64,000 bases of DNA. Source: Candidatus Porifericomitales bacterium. GTDB taxonomy: Bacteria; Pseudomonadota; Gammaproteobacteria; CBDEFV01. The notes below the pieces were generated by a model, which ran no database searches, was not told where the DNA came from, and worked only from the letters and a program-made list of their open reading frames with translations. This document shows, piece by piece, positions 1 through 10,296 of the stretch. Positions within the stretch are counted from its first letter, which is position 1; each line of letters opens with the position of its first letter. Position numbers and translations under genes: made by a program. The stretch lies in NCBI GenBank assembly GCA_965237735.1, contig CBDEFV010000007.1, positions 143,305-207,304 of the forward strand, in the 5' to 3' direction.

Positions 1-1154
1 GGGACCCGGGCTACTTTTTAGGAGATCTTCAGGTAGACCCGGCGCATTTGCAGGAGTGCTTTGATGCGGACACCCTCTTCTACGACGTCTTCTTTGAACC
101 GACCAACCGACATCTGGTTGCCGTCGGCCCGCCTCTGGGCAATTTACACCTGGATCTGGAAATCTGCGTAAACGGAGAGCCAATCAACCTTGATGTGATC
201 AAGCACGCGGCCAGTCGGATGCACCTGGTGAGGGGGGGGGACCGGATCGCAAAACAAAATGACATTCGCATAAAGGCAAACGCACAGACGTGGGAGCTCA
301 GCGTACCTGCAAACAACACCGGAACCAGTCATAAGTTCACCCTTTGCACTGTACAGAAAGACAACAGAGAGCATTGGATCAAAGACTGGATTGAGCATTA
401 TCGAAAAATCGGCGTCGACCGAGTGATTCTCTACGACAACAACAGCGAGAAGCTCCCCGATGTCGATGCCATTGTCATTCCCTGCCCGTACAAATTCGGT
501 CTCAGTAAATATGCCAGTATTTATAGAGGGTGGGCGTGGAAAACCGATTTTCTGCAGAGAAGCCTGCTGACGATCTGCGGCTACAAGTATCAAAATGGCC
601 ATCTGCTGAACTTTGATATTGACGAGCTGTTGCAAGTCAAAAGCCTGCGGAAATTCAAATGGTACAGACTGGTTTATTTTAATTCCTGTTTTGTGGAAAC
701 CAAAACAGAAGAGAAGCTGCCCGAGGACTACTCGTTCAGGCATTTTGTATATAGAAATGCGTATCTACGAAATCAAGACTTTAAATATATAATCAGAATG
801 AACGATATGCTGTGTTGCTCCAATCCGCACGTCGCCGTATTGAAAAATTCCATCCCGAAAAGAGTTGTTTCAAAACTTCAAAGGCTCTGGCAGTATCAAC
901 TTGAAAATATCCGGTCGTACCTGAAATCTGGACTTGCAAAGAAAGTGATGTCGATATGGGCTCCTCCAGGCGAGGATGTTCCTCGCTATAAGACACATCC
1001 ACGCTGGCCTGAAGGCAAGCCATCTCTTCCGGGCAAAGATGTTTTTTATCACTACAAGGCCATAAATACCGGTTGGAAAGTGGATAGGTCTTCCTTTGAT
1101 GAAGCTACAGAGGTGGTGAAAATCGAGAACTCACAGCCCTATAGTTGCGATTGA
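1..1154 (+). CDS. GT92/DUF23-like glycosyltransferase-domain protein, array copy 1 (5' end outside window)
   Basis: Frame continues from base 1 (RDPGYFLGD..AHLQECFDAD) with no start codon, so the gene begins upstream. It has the conserved core HW[IK][KR]DWIEHYRKIGVDRVILYDNNSEKLPDVDAIV and a FDIDELL DXD-like motif, as in Pfam GT92 (hhDiDEfl). It is 60-75% identical to copies 2-10. Confidence 0.8.
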   Translation, partial: DPGYFLGDLQVDPAHLQECFDADTLFYDVFFEPTNRHLVAVGPPLGNLHLDLEICVNGEPINLDVIKHAASRMHLVRGGDRIAKQNDIRIKANAQTWELSVPANNTGTSHKFTLCTVQKDNREHWIKDWIEHYRKIGVDRVILYDNNSEKLPDVDAIVIPCPYKFGLSKYASIYRGWAWKTDFLQRSLLTICGYKYQNGHLLNFDIDELLQVKSLRKFKWYRLVYFNSCFVETKTEEKLPEDYSFRHFVYRNAYLRNQDFKYIIRMNDMLCCSNPHVAVLKNSIPKRVVSKLQRLWQYQLENIRSYLKSGLAKKVMSIWAPPGEDVPRYKTHPRWPEGKPSLPGKDVFYHYKAINTGWKVDRSSFDEATEVVKIENSQPYSCD

Positions 1155-1316
1155 GTTTTATCATGATGAAAGATTGTAGCGGGCGAAGGAGGTGGACTCG
1201 TGAATGACCACCCAAGACCTGCTCCAGTCCCCGCTAACCAAGAAACGACTATCGCTGACCGCCGATTTCGCAATCCTGCCTCCTCTCCCAAGCAATTATG
1301 GTTTCACGACTAATAA
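1155..1316 (+). promoter_or_regulatory. Conserved array leader (TTATCATGATGA box plus downstream GCAATCCTGCC..CAAGCAATT element)
   Basis: Contains gagttttatcatgatgaaag and gatttcgcaatcctgcctcctctcccaagcaatt. The same elements recur upstream of copies 3, 4, 5, 6, 7 and 10. Confidence 0.5.
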
Positions 1317-2426
1317 ATGAATAAACCACACCTGAACGACGACATCCACCAACTCAGGGGCATCCGGCTGAAGGGACTGAACAGAGACTTGGGCTACTTT
1401 TTAGGAGATTGCAAGGTGGAGCCAGCGCATCTGGAGGAGTGTTTTGATGCGGACACCCTGTTCTACGATATTTTCTTCGAACCAACCAACCAGCATCTGG
1501 TCGCCGTCGGCCCGCCTCTGGGCAATTTGCAGGTGGATTTACAGATAGATGTTAACGGAGAGCCAATCAAGATCAGCGTGGTTGAGCAGGCAGCCGAACA
1601 GTTGCATCTGGTGAGGGGGAAGGTGAGCCGGGTTACAAAACAAAACGACATTCGCATAAAGGCAAATGCACAGACGTGGGAGCTCAGCGTACCTGCAAAC
1701 AACAGCGGAACCGGGCACAGATTTACCCTGTGCACGATACAGAAAGACAACAGGGGGCATTGGATCAAAGACTGGATTGAGCATTATCGAAAAATCGGCG
1801 TCGATCGAGTGATCCTCTACGACAACAACAGCGAGAAGCTCCCCGATGTCGATGCCATTGTCATTCCCTGCCCCTACAAATACGGTCTCCATAAATATTT
1901 CAGTATTTATGAAGGACGGTTGTGGAAAACCGGTTTTCTGCAGAGAAGCCTGCTGACGATCTGCGGCTACAAGTACCGAAGCGGCCATCTGCTGAATTTT
2001 GATACTGACGAATTGTTGCAGGTCAAAAGCCTGCGGAAATTCGAAAAGCGTGAACTGATTTATTTTGATTCCTGTTTTGTAGAAACCAAAACAGACGGAA
2101 AGCTGCCCGAGAACTACTCATTCAGGCACTTTGTGTACAGAAATGCGCACCTGAAAAATGAAAGCCTTAAATTTATTATCAAGATGGACAGGCTGCTGTA
2201 CATCCCGCATTCGCACCGCGTAAGATTAATACCAAAGAAAAAATCCATCTCAAGAAGAATTGTTTTAGAGCTTCAGAGGATTCGAAAGAAATTGATGTCA
2301 AAAATAGTTCCTCAAAGCGGCGATATTTTTTATCACTACAAGGGAATAAATACCGGTTGGAAAGTGGATAGGTCCTCCTTTAATGAAGCCACGGAGGTGG
2401 TGAAACTCAAGGGTCCACAACTCTAA
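1317..2426 (+). CDS. GT92/DUF23-like glycosyltransferase-domain protein, array copy 2
   Basis: ATG start, 369 aa, N-terminal MN..D[ID]HQLRGIRLKGL motif. Shares the YDNNSE and FD[TI]DELL motifs with the other copies. Confidence 0.85.
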   Translation: MNKPHLNDDIHQLRGIRLKGLNRDLGYFLGDCKVEPAHLEECFDADTLFYDIFFEPTNQHLVAVGPPLGNLQVDLQIDVNGEPIKISVVEQAAEQLHLVRGKVSRVTKQNDIRIKANAQTWELSVPANNSGTGHRFTLCTIQKDNRGHWIKDWIEHYRKIGVDRVILYDNNSEKLPDVDAIVIPCPYKYGLHKYFSIYEGRLWKTGFLQRSLLTICGYKYRSGHLLNFDTDELLQVKSLRKFEKRELIYFDSCFVETKTDGKLPENYSFRHFVYRNAHLKNESLKFIIKMDRLLYIPHSHRVRLIPKKKSISRRIVLELQRIRKKLMSKIVPQSGDIFYHYKGINTGWKVDRSSFNEATEVVKLKGPQL

Positions 2427-2594
2427 GCTGCGATCCGGTGTTATCATAATGAAAGGCCGTAACGGACAAGCACGGGCCGACTCCTCAACAACCACTCAGA
2501 CTCCACTTTGGGCCCGGCTGGTCGCGGCCTGAAAAGTCTGGCTACTCTTTCAAACCCTGCCTTTCCTCTGCAATTAAGTAAAGTTCCCCGACCA
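2427..2594 (+). promoter_or_regulatory. Conserved array leader
   Basis: ggtgttatcataatgaaagg ... tttcaaaccctgcctttcctctgcaattaagtaaagttccccgaccaatgaacgaaaag. Confidence 0.5.
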
Positions 2595-3782
2595 ATGAAC
2601 GAAAAGAAGCTGGAAAATGGAACCCGCATGAACGATGATGTCCATCAACTCAGAGGCATCAAGCTGACATGGCTCAAGAGAGACCCGGGTTACTTTTTAG
2701 GGGATCTCAAGGTGGCGCCGGCCCACCTGGAGGAGTGCTTCGATGCGGACACCCTGTTCTACGACATCTTTTTCGAGCCGACCAACCGGTATCTGGTCGC
2801 TGTCGGCCCGCCCCTGGGCAATTTGCAGCTAGCTATACAGATATATGTAAACGGAGAGCCGGTCAAACTTAAAGTGATCAGGAAGGCGGCCAGATGGAAG
2901 CATCTGGTGAGGGGGAAGGTGAGCCGAATAGCAGAGAGAAATGACATCCTGGTCAAGGCGAATGGACACCGGTGGCAACTCAGCGTACCTGAAAACGACA
3001 GTGGAACCGGACACAAATTTACCCTGTGCGCCATACAGAAAGACAACAGGGAGCACTGGATAAAAGACTGGATCGAGCATTATCGAAAAATCGGAGTGGA
3101 CAGGGTGATTCTCTACGACAACAACAGCGAGAAATCCCCCGACGTCGATGCCATTGTCATCCCCTGCTCATACAACAAATACGGCCTCAGTAAATATTTC
3201 GGTACTTATGGGCGACAGGCGATGCTAGCCTGTTTTCTGCATACAAGTCTGCTGACGATCTGTTGCTACAAATACAGAAGCGGCCACCTTCTGAGTTTTG
3301 ATGTTGACGAACTGCTACAGGTCAAGAATCTGGAGAAATACAGGGGGCGTAAATTGGTCTATTTTGATTCCTGTTTTGTAGAAACCAAAACGGACGGGAA
3401 GCTGCCTCGGGATTACTCGTTCAGACACTTTGTATACAGAGCCAAGCGCAGGAGAAAGGAGGCCCCCAAATACATTGCCAGGATGGACACCATGCTGTGC
3501 TCACGAAGTCAGCACCGAGTGAAATTAAAGGGAAATTTCACCCCGAGAAGGCTGATTATTAAGATTAAGAGGATCTGGTCGTATCTGAAGTTCATACTTT
3601 CAAAGAAACTGACGTCCCCAATGGCTCCTCAGGGTGAAGACACTGCTTATCGCTACAGGGAAGTATATATGGGCGAAGATGTTTATTATCACTACAAGGG
3701 AATAAATACAGGCTGGAAAGAGGATCGACTCACTTTCGATGAAGCCACAGAGGTCGTCAAAATCAAGGATTTACATCTCTAA
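2595..3782 (+). CDS. GT92/DUF23-like glycosyltransferase-domain protein, array copy 3
   Basis: ORF track 2508..3782; the first in-frame ATG at 2595 (MNEKKLENGTRMNDDVHQLRG) is the likely start, with an alternative at 2628. Paralog core is conserved. Confidence 0.8.
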   Translation: MNEKKLENGTRMNDDVHQLRGIKLTWLKRDPGYFLGDLKVAPAHLEECFDADTLFYDIFFEPTNRYLVAVGPPLGNLQLAIQIYVNGEPVKLKVIRKAARWKHLVRGKVSRIAERNDILVKANGHRWQLSVPENDSGTGHKFTLCAIQKDNREHWIKDWIEHYRKIGVDRVILYDNNSEKSPDVDAIVIPCSYNKYGLSKYFGTYGRQAMLACFLHTSLLTICCYKYRSGHLLSFDVDELLQVKNLEKYRGRKLVYFDSCFVETKTDGKLPRDYSFRHFVYRAKRRRKEAPKYIARMDTMLCSRSQHRVKLKGNFTPRRLIIKIKRIWSYLKFILSKKLTSPMAPQGEDTAYRYREVYMGEDVYYHYKGINTGWKEDRLTFDEATEVVKIKDLHL

Positions 3783-3801
3783 GTTGCGACTGAGTTTTAT
3801 A

Positions 3802-4962
3802 ATGACAGAAGATCGTGCCCAAGCGGAGCGCGAGTGGACTCCCCGGCCACCCAAGCTTCGCTTGATCCAGACTGACATCGCTGCGAACGATGTTCATCAG
3901 CTCAGGGGCATTCAGTTGAAAGAACTCGGAAGGGACCCGGGTTACTTTTTGGGAGACTGCCTGCGCCGGGTAGAGCAGGCCCATTTGGAGGAGTGTTTTG
4001 ATACGGACACCCTGTTCCACGATGTTTTCTTCGAACCGACCAACCAGCATCTGGTCGCCGTCGGACCGCCTCTGGGCAATCTGCAAGTGGATTTACAGAT
4101 CTCTGTCAACGGAGAACCTGTTGAACTCGATGTGATTGAGCAGGCGGCTGAACGGCTGTACCTGGTGAGGGGGAAGGTAAGCCGTATTGAAAAGCTGAAC
4201 GATGTTTTAGTCAAGGCAAACGAACAGAAGCGGGAGCTTAGCGTACCCAAAAACAACACAGAGGCCGGGCATGAATTTACCCTGTGCTCAGTACAAAAGA
4301 ACAACAAGGAGAACTGGATAAAGGACTGGATTGAGCATTATCGAAAAATCGGAGTCGATCGGGTGATTCTCTATGACAACAACAGTGAGAAGCTCCCCGA
4401 TGTCGATGCCATTGTCATTCCCTGCCCCTACAGACACGGTCTGTCCAAATATCTCACTGTTTATGGATCAGCGGTGTGGCCAGCCAATTTTCTGCAGAGA
4501 AGTTTGTTGACAATCTGTGGCTACAAATACCAAAGCGGCCATCTACTGAATTTTGATATTGATGAGTTGCTGCAGGTCAAAAGCCTGCAGAAATTCAAAA
4601 AGCGCAAACTGGTCTATTTTGATTCTTACTTTGTAGAAACCAAATTAGACGGAAAATTACCCAAGGATTACTCGTTCAGGCATTTTGTATATAGAAATGC
4701 CCGTATGAGAAATAGAAATTATAAATTTATGGTCAAGATGGAAGCGTTGCTTTACTGCCACCATTCACATAGGGCAGTATTGAAAAAGTCCATCTCAACA
4801 AGAGTCATGTTAGAACTTCAGAGGATTGGAAAGAAAGTGATGGCAAAAATCGCTCCTCAAAGCGGGGATGTTTTTTATCACTATAAGGGAATCAATACCG
4901 GCTGGAAGGTGGATCGGTCTCACCTTGACGAAACCACAGAGGTGGTGAAGTTCAAGAATTGA
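3802..4962 (+). CDS. GT92/DUF23-like glycosyltransferase-domain protein, array copy 4
   Basis: ORF track 3739..4962; likely start is ATG 3802 (MTEDR...). That ATG is the ATG of the conserved leader motif TTTATAATGA, so here the leader is fused in-frame with the gene. Conserved core present. Confidence 0.75.
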   Translation: MTEDRAQAEREWTPRPPKLRLIQTDIAANDVHQLRGIQLKELGRDPGYFLGDCLRRVEQAHLEECFDTDTLFHDVFFEPTNQHLVAVGPPLGNLQVDLQISVNGEPVELDVIEQAAERLYLVRGKVSRIEKLNDVLVKANEQKRELSVPKNNTEAGHEFTLCSVQKNNKENWIKDWIEHYRKIGVDRVILYDNNSEKLPDVDAIVIPCPYRHGLSKYLTVYGSAVWPANFLQRSLLTICGYKYQSGHLLNFDIDELLQVKSLQKFKKRKLVYFDSYFVETKLDGKLPKDYSFRHFVYRNARMRNRNYKFMVKMEALLYCHHSHRAVLKKSISTRVMLELQRIGKKVMAKIAPQSGDVFYHYKGINTGWKVDRSHLDETTEVVKFKN

Positions 4963-5140
4963 CGCCTCCGGATTGCGGTCGGGGTTCTATCATGATCACA
5001 ATATCGCGCTGGTCAATCACGAGCGGCCCTTGCAGGGAGCGCCCAGAACCTGTCTAGCCCTGTCGAACCGCGGGATTGCCATCGCTGGCCGCCGACTTTG
5101 CAACCCTGCCTTTTTTCTTGCAATTCAAGCTCCCCAAACA
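4963..5140 (+). promoter_or_regulatory. Conserved array leader
   Basis: gattgcggtcggggttctatcatgatc ... ctttgcaaccctgccttttttcttgcaattcaagctccccaaacaatgaaaagtag. Confidence 0.5.
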
Positions 5141-6331
5141 ATGAAAAGTAGTGAAAAGAAGCCTGAGGGAAACGGAATCCGCACGAACGACGACGTCCAT
5201 CGGCTCAGGGGCATCCGACTGAAGGGGCTCAAAAGGGACCCGAGCTACTTTCTGGGAGACTGCCAGGTAGAGCAGGCCCATCTGCAGGAGTGCTTCGATG
5301 CGGATACCCTGTTCTACGACATTTTTTTCGAGCCGACCAACCGGTATCTGGTTGCCGTCGGCCCGCCTCTGGGCAATTTGCAGGTTGACACACAGATCTG
5401 GGTAAACGGCGAACGAATCAAGCTCAAAGTGATCAGGAGGGCAGCCAAATGCAAACATCTGGTGAGGGGGAGGGTGAAGCAAGTCGCAAAACGGAATGAC
5501 ATTGCAGTTCAGGCAAACGGACAGCGGTGGGAACTCGACATCCCCGAAAACAACACTGGAACCGGGCACAGATTTACCCTCTGCGCGAAACAGAAAGGCA
5601 ACAGGGAGCAATGGATAAAGGACTGGATTGAACATTATCGAAAAATTGGAGTCGACAGGGTGATTCTCTACGACAACAACAGCGAGAAACTCCCCGATGT
5701 CGATGCCATCGTCATCCCCTGCCCCTACAAATTCGGTCTCAACAAATATCACAGCCTTTACGGGCAGCGGGTCAACAAAACGACTTTTCTACAGAACAGT
5801 CTGCTGACGATCTGTGGCTACAAGTACCGAAGCGGCCATCTGCTGAACTTTGATATTGACGAGTTGTTGCAAGTCAAAAGCCTGGAAAAATTCAGGGAGC
5901 AACAATTGGTTTATTTTAATTCCTACCTCATAGAAACCAAAACAGACGGGAAGCTACCCGAGGACTACTCGTTCAGGCATTTCATATACAGAAATGCGCA
6001 CCCAAGAAATCGATCCTATAAGTACATAGTCAGGATGGACGCGCTGCTGTACTCCCGTGATCCGCACTGGGCAAAATTAAATCCCATCCCAAGAAATATA
6101 AGGAGAATAGTTTCAGGATTGATGAGGATTTGGCTGCATCTGAAAGAAAAACTCCCAGTGGTGTCAAAAATAGCTCCCCAAAACGAAAGAAGCGGTGAAG
6201 CTCAAAGATTCTATAAGCATGAGCCTTTGAGTACGGATGTCTACCATCACTACAAGGGAATCAATACAGGTTGGAGAGACGATAGGTCCACTTTCGATGA
6301 GACTACAGAAGTCGTGAAGCTTGAAGATTGA
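5141..6331 (+). CDS. GT92/DUF23-like glycosyltransferase-domain protein, array copy 5
   Basis: ORF track 4973..6331; likely start ATG 5141 (MKSSEKKPEGNGIRTNDDVHRLRG). Conserved core present. Confidence 0.8.
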   Translation: MKSSEKKPEGNGIRTNDDVHRLRGIRLKGLKRDPSYFLGDCQVEQAHLQECFDADTLFYDIFFEPTNRYLVAVGPPLGNLQVDTQIWVNGERIKLKVIRRAAKCKHLVRGRVKQVAKRNDIAVQANGQRWELDIPENNTGTGHRFTLCAKQKGNREQWIKDWIEHYRKIGVDRVILYDNNSEKLPDVDAIVIPCPYKFGLNKYHSLYGQRVNKTTFLQNSLLTICGYKYRSGHLLNFDIDELLQVKSLEKFREQQLVYFNSYLIETKTDGKLPEDYSFRHFIYRNAHPRNRSYKYIVRMDALLYSRDPHWAKLNPIPRNIRRIVSGLMRIWLHLKEKLPVVSKIAPQNERSGEAQRFYKHEPLSTDVYHHYKGINTGWRDDRSTFDETTEVVKLED

Positions 6332-6668
6332 ATGAACATGAATCTTATGAGTATGAGCCTTAAGCTGGGAATACTTCAGAGGTTGAAAATGAGCCGGAGT
6401 GGACCCTTGAGGGCGCCGATAAATTTCCTGCCGCAGGCTGATCCGCTGAAGTAAAAAGGGCCAGGACAAGCCACAACCGAAGTGCGCCCGGGCTTTATAA
6501 TGATGAGAGATTCTCGGCGGTCAAAGTACGGACGAGCCCTGCTCCGGCCACGCCCAGGCACTGCTCTGTTCCAAATTGACAGCGCGACACGAATTGCCGC
6601 TGAACACCCATCTTCCGCCCTCCCCGCCCGATGAAAAGCAATGAAAAAATTTGGCAAATACAACCCTC
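6332..6668 (+). promoter_or_regulatory. Conserved array leader (longest version, ~330 nt)
   Basis: gggctttataatgatgagag ... ccgatgaaaagcaatgaaaaaatttgg. This copy is longer than the others and has extra upstream sequence. Confidence 0.4.
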
Positions 6669-7763
6669 ATGAATGACGATGTTCATCAATTAAGAGGCCT
6701 CAGACTGACAGAGCTCAAGAGAGACCCGAACTACTTCTCGGGAGGCCGCGGGATCAAGCCGGCGCATCTTGAGGAGTGCTTTGATGCGGACACCCTGTTT
6801 CACGACGTTTTTTTCGAACCGACCAACCGGCATCTGATCGCCGTCGGCCCGCCTCTGGGCAATCTGAAATTGCGCATACAGTTGTATGTAAACGGAGAGC
6901 CTGTCGAGTTCAAGACAATCCGGCAAGCAGCCAGAAGGCTGCTTCTGATGAGAGGGGAGCCGAGCCGGGTTGCAGAACGGAATGACATTCTCATCAAGGC
7001 AGATGGGCAGAAGTGGGAACTCAGCGTCCCTGAGAACAACAGTGGGACCGACCATAAATTTACCCTCTGTACGATACAGAAAGACAACAGGGAGCATTGG
7101 ATAAGAGACTGGATTGAACACTATCGAAAAATGGGAGTCGATCGAGTGATCATCTATGACAACAACAGCGAAAAGCCTCCTGACGTCGATGCCATTGTCG
7201 TCCCCTGTCCATACAAGTACGGCTTCGACAAATATCTCAGCGTCTATGGACGACGGCTGCGGAGAAACGGTTTTCTGCAGAGAAGTCTGCTGACAATCTG
7301 TAGCTACAAATACAGAAGCGGACACCTGCTGAACTTTGATATCGACGAGCTCCTGCAGGTCAAAAGTCTGGAGAAATACAGGGGGCGTAAAATCGTTTAT
7401 TTCAATTCCTACTTCATAGAGACTAAAACAGACCGGAAGTTGCCTGAAGGCTACTCATACAGGCATTTTGTATATAAAAATGCGCACAGGAGAAATCGCT
7501 CCCATAAATACATGGTCAGGATGGACGCCATGCTGTACTCACACGGCCCGCATCGCGCAATACTCAAGGGCACTATCGCCCCCGGGATCATGATTGTACT
7601 GAACATGATCTGGTCGTATCTGAAGGCCAAGATTCCGGCGATATCAAAAATGGCTCCTGAAAGCGAAGATGTCTTCTATCACTACAGGGGAATCAATACA
7701 GGCTGGAAATGGGATAGATCCCCCTTTGACGAAGCCACGGAAGTAGTCAAACTTGAGGATTGA
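6669..7763 (+). CDS. GT92/DUF23-like glycosyltransferase-domain protein, array copy 6
   Basis: ATG 6669 (MNDDVHQLRGL); the ORF track starts at TTG 6651. Conserved core present. Confidence 0.8.
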   Translation: MNDDVHQLRGLRLTELKRDPNYFSGGRGIKPAHLEECFDADTLFHDVFFEPTNRHLIAVGPPLGNLKLRIQLYVNGEPVEFKTIRQAARRLLLMRGEPSRVAERNDILIKADGQKWELSVPENNSGTDHKFTLCTIQKDNREHWIRDWIEHYRKMGVDRVIIYDNNSEKPPDVDAIVVPCPYKYGFDKYLSVYGRRLRRNGFLQRSLLTICSYKYRSGHLLNFDIDELLQVKSLEKYRGRKIVYFNSYFIETKTDRKLPEGYSYRHFVYKNAHRRNRSHKYMVRMDAMLYSHGPHRAILKGTIAPGIMIVLNMIWSYLKAKIPAISKMAPESEDVFYHYRGINTGWKWDRSPFDEATEVVKLED

Positions 7764-7970
7764 CGACTCTGGGTTGCGGTCGGAGTTTATCATGATGAAA
7801 AATTACAGCGGGCCAGGCTCAAGCAGACTCCCTGGTACTCTGCTTTGGCCCCGGCTGAGCGCGGCAGGCCATGGCAGGCCGACGATCCTGCAACCCCGCC
7901 TTTTCTCGTGCAATTACGTCTCCCCCAAAGTGAAAAGCAGTGAAGAGAACCTGGGACGGGTGCTGTCCGC
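7764..7970 (+). promoter_or_regulatory. Conserved array leader
   Basis: ggttgcggtcggagtttatcatgatgaaaa ... cctgcaaccccgccttttctcgtgcaattacgtctcccccaaagtgaaaagcagtgaagag. Confidence 0.5.
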
Positions 7971-9089
7971 ATGAACAACGATGTCCATCAACTCAGGGGC
8001 ATCCAATTGAAAGGACTCGGGAGGGACCCGGGTTACTTTTTGGGAGGCCTCATGGTGGAACCGGCACATCTGCAGGAGTGCTTCGACGCAGACACCCTGT
8101 TTCACGACATCTTTTTCGAACCGACCAACCAGCATCTGGTCGCGGTCGGCCCGCCCCTGGGGAATCTGCGAACAGACCTGAATATCTACGTAAACGGAGA
8201 GCCGGTTAAGTTCAACGTGATCAGGAGGGCCGCCAAATGGCTGCACCTGATCAGGGGGGAGGTGAACCGGGTTGCAAAGCAGAATGATATTCTCATCAGG
8301 GCAAACGGATACCAATGGGAACTCAGCGTACCCGAAAACGACAGCGGAACCGGGTACAGGTTTACCCTCTGCGCAAAACAGAAAGACAACAGGGAACACT
8401 GGATAAAAGACTGGATTGAACACTATCGAAAAATCGGCGTCGACAGGGTGATTCTCTACGACAACAACAGCGAGGAGCTCCCCGATGTCGATGCCATCGT
8501 CGTCCCCTGCCCCTACAAATTCGGTCTCAACAAATATCGCAGCCTTTACGGGCGTCGGGTCTATAAAACCACTTTTCTACAGGGCAGTCTGCTGACAATC
8601 TGTTGCTACAAGTACCGAAGCGGCCACCTGTTGAGCTTTGATATCGACGAGCTGTTGCAGGTCAAAAGCCTGGAAAAATACGAGGGACGCAAAGTCGTTT
8701 ATTTTAACTCCTGTTTCATAGAGACCAAAACAGACGGGGAATTGCCCGAAAATTACTCCTTCAGGCATTTTGTATACAGAAACGCGCACACCAGAAATCG
8801 GGACTACAAGTACATGGTCAGGATGGAGGCGCTCTTGTATTCACTCAGCCCGCACATCCCCATATTAGAGGGAAACTACGTCCCGAGAAAAATGATTGTG
8901 AAACTCAAGAGGATCTGGTTGTACCTGCTGGGCAAACTCCCGAAGCCGTTGAGGTCTGCAATGGCTCCTCCCAGCGGGGATGTCTTTTATCACTACAAGG
9001 GAATCAACACCGGTTGGAAAGTCGATCGATCCTCTTTCGATGAGACTACGGAGGTCGTGAAGCTTGAAGCTTCACGTCCCCCGGCATGA
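7971..9089 (+). CDS. GT92/DUF23-like glycosyltransferase-domain protein, array copy 7
   Basis: ATG 7971 (MNNDVHQLRGI), 372 aa. The C-terminus runs 6 aa past the paralog consensus end (…EVVKLEASRPPA). Confidence 0.85.
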   Translation: MNNDVHQLRGIQLKGLGRDPGYFLGGLMVEPAHLQECFDADTLFHDIFFEPTNQHLVAVGPPLGNLRTDLNIYVNGEPVKFNVIRRAAKWLHLIRGEVNRVAKQNDILIRANGYQWELSVPENDSGTGYRFTLCAKQKDNREHWIKDWIEHYRKIGVDRVILYDNNSEELPDVDAIVVPCPYKFGLNKYRSLYGRRVYKTTFLQGSLLTICCYKYRSGHLLSFDIDELLQVKSLEKYEGRKVVYFNSCFIETKTDGELPENYSFRHFVYRNAHTRNRDYKYMVRMEALLYSLSPHIPILEGNYVPRKMIVKLKRIWLYLLGKLPKPLRSAMAPPSGDVFYHYKGINTGWKVDRSSFDETTEVVKLEASRPPA

Positions 9090-9102
9090 GTCGTCTGCCG
9101 AC

Positions 9103-10281
9103 ATGAAAGATGACGTTCACGAGCTCAGGGGCATCAGTCTGAAGGGGATCAGGAGGGACCCGGGCTATTTTCTGAAAGGCTACAGGATGGAGCAGGCGGA
9201 CCTGGAGGAGTGCTTTGATGCGCGCGCATCTCGCGGAAAAACTCCATCTGCGATGGAGCAGGCGGACCTGGAGGAGTGCTTTGATGCGGACACCCTTTTC
9301 TACGATGTTTTCTTCGAACCGACGAACCGGCATCTGGTTGCCGTCGGCCCGCCTCTCGGCAATCTGCAGTTGGACTTGAAGTTGTACGTGAACGGGGAGC
9401 CAATCGGGCACACCATGAGCAGGCGAGCGGCGAAACGGTCATATTTGGTGAGGGGGGAGGTGAGCCGGGTTGAAAGACTGAACGACATCGTGGTCCAGGC
9501 AAACGGACAGCGAGGGGAAGTCCGCGTACCTGAAAACAACAGCGGAACAGGATACAGATTCACCCTCTGTACGCTACAGAAAAACAACAGAGAGCATTGG
9601 ATAAGAGACTGGATTGAGCACTACCGAAAGATGGGAGTCGACAGAGTGATCATCTATGACCACAACAGCGAGAAACTCCCCGATGTCGACGCCATTGTCA
9701 TCCCCTGCCCTTACAAATACGGTTTCCTTAAATCTTCCGAAGCCTCCAGCCTACAAGTGCGGAGAACCAATTTTCTCCAAAGAAGCCTGCTGACGATCTG
9801 TGGCTACAAATACCGAAGCGGCCATCTGCTGAATTTTGATATCGACGAGTTGCTGCAGGTCGAAAGTCTGGAGAAATACCGGGAGCGCAAGATAGTTTAT
9901 TTCGATTCCTACTTTGTAGAAACGAGAGTAGACAGAAAGCTGCCCACAGACTATTCGTTCAGGCACTTTGTATACAGAAACGCACAGATGAGAAACCGGT
10001 CCTACAAATATCTGGTGAAAATGGAAGAGATGCTGTACTCACGAGATCCGCACTGGGCAGTACTAAAGGGAAATTTCGCCCCGAGAAAAATAATCTTGAA
10101 AATCTGGAAAATTTGCTCCTACCTGAGGTCCCAGCTTCCTAAGAGGCTGAGGGCTAAAATGGCTCTTCAAGACAAGGATGTTTTTTATCACTATAAGGGA
10201 ATAAGCACCGGTTGGAGAGTTGACAAGTCCTCCTTTGACGACACTACAGAGATCGTGAGACTCGAGGATTCACAACTCTAA
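9103..10281 (+). CDS. GT92/DUF23-like glycosyltransferase-domain protein, array copy 8 (carries an in-frame 66-bp duplication)
   Basis: Likely start ATG 9103 (MKDDVHELRG), only 13 nt after copy 7 with no leader. Contains MEQADLEECFDA twice, 22 aa apart (9187-9222 and 9253-9288). Confidence 0.8.
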   Translation: MKDDVHELRGISLKGIRRDPGYFLKGYRMEQADLEECFDARASRGKTPSAMEQADLEECFDADTLFYDVFFEPTNRHLVAVGPPLGNLQLDLKLYVNGEPIGHTMSRRAAKRSYLVRGEVSRVERLNDIVVQANGQRGEVRVPENNSGTGYRFTLCTLQKNNREHWIRDWIEHYRKMGVDRVIIYDHNSEKLPDVDAIVIPCPYKYGFLKSSEASSLQVRRTNFLQRSLLTICGYKYRSGHLLNFDIDELLQVESLEKYRERKIVYFDSYFVETRVDRKLPTDYSFRHFVYRNAQMRNRSYKYLVKMEEMLYSRDPHWAVLKGNFAPRKIILKIWKICSYLRSQLPKRLRAKMALQDKDVFYHYKGISTGWRVDKSSFDDTTEIVRLEDSQL

Positions 10282-10296
10282 GGGAATGAAGTTTGC

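Noticed and set aside
5085-5135. Sigma-54 (-24/-12) promoter reading of the conserved leader element CTGGCCGCCGACTTTGCA / CTTGCAATT.
   Set aside because: The GG-to-GC spacing is 11 rather than 10. The TGGCAC half is not conserved across the leader copies (compare 2540, 7885 and 11515). The element is conserved, but calling it a sigma-54 promoter is not supported.
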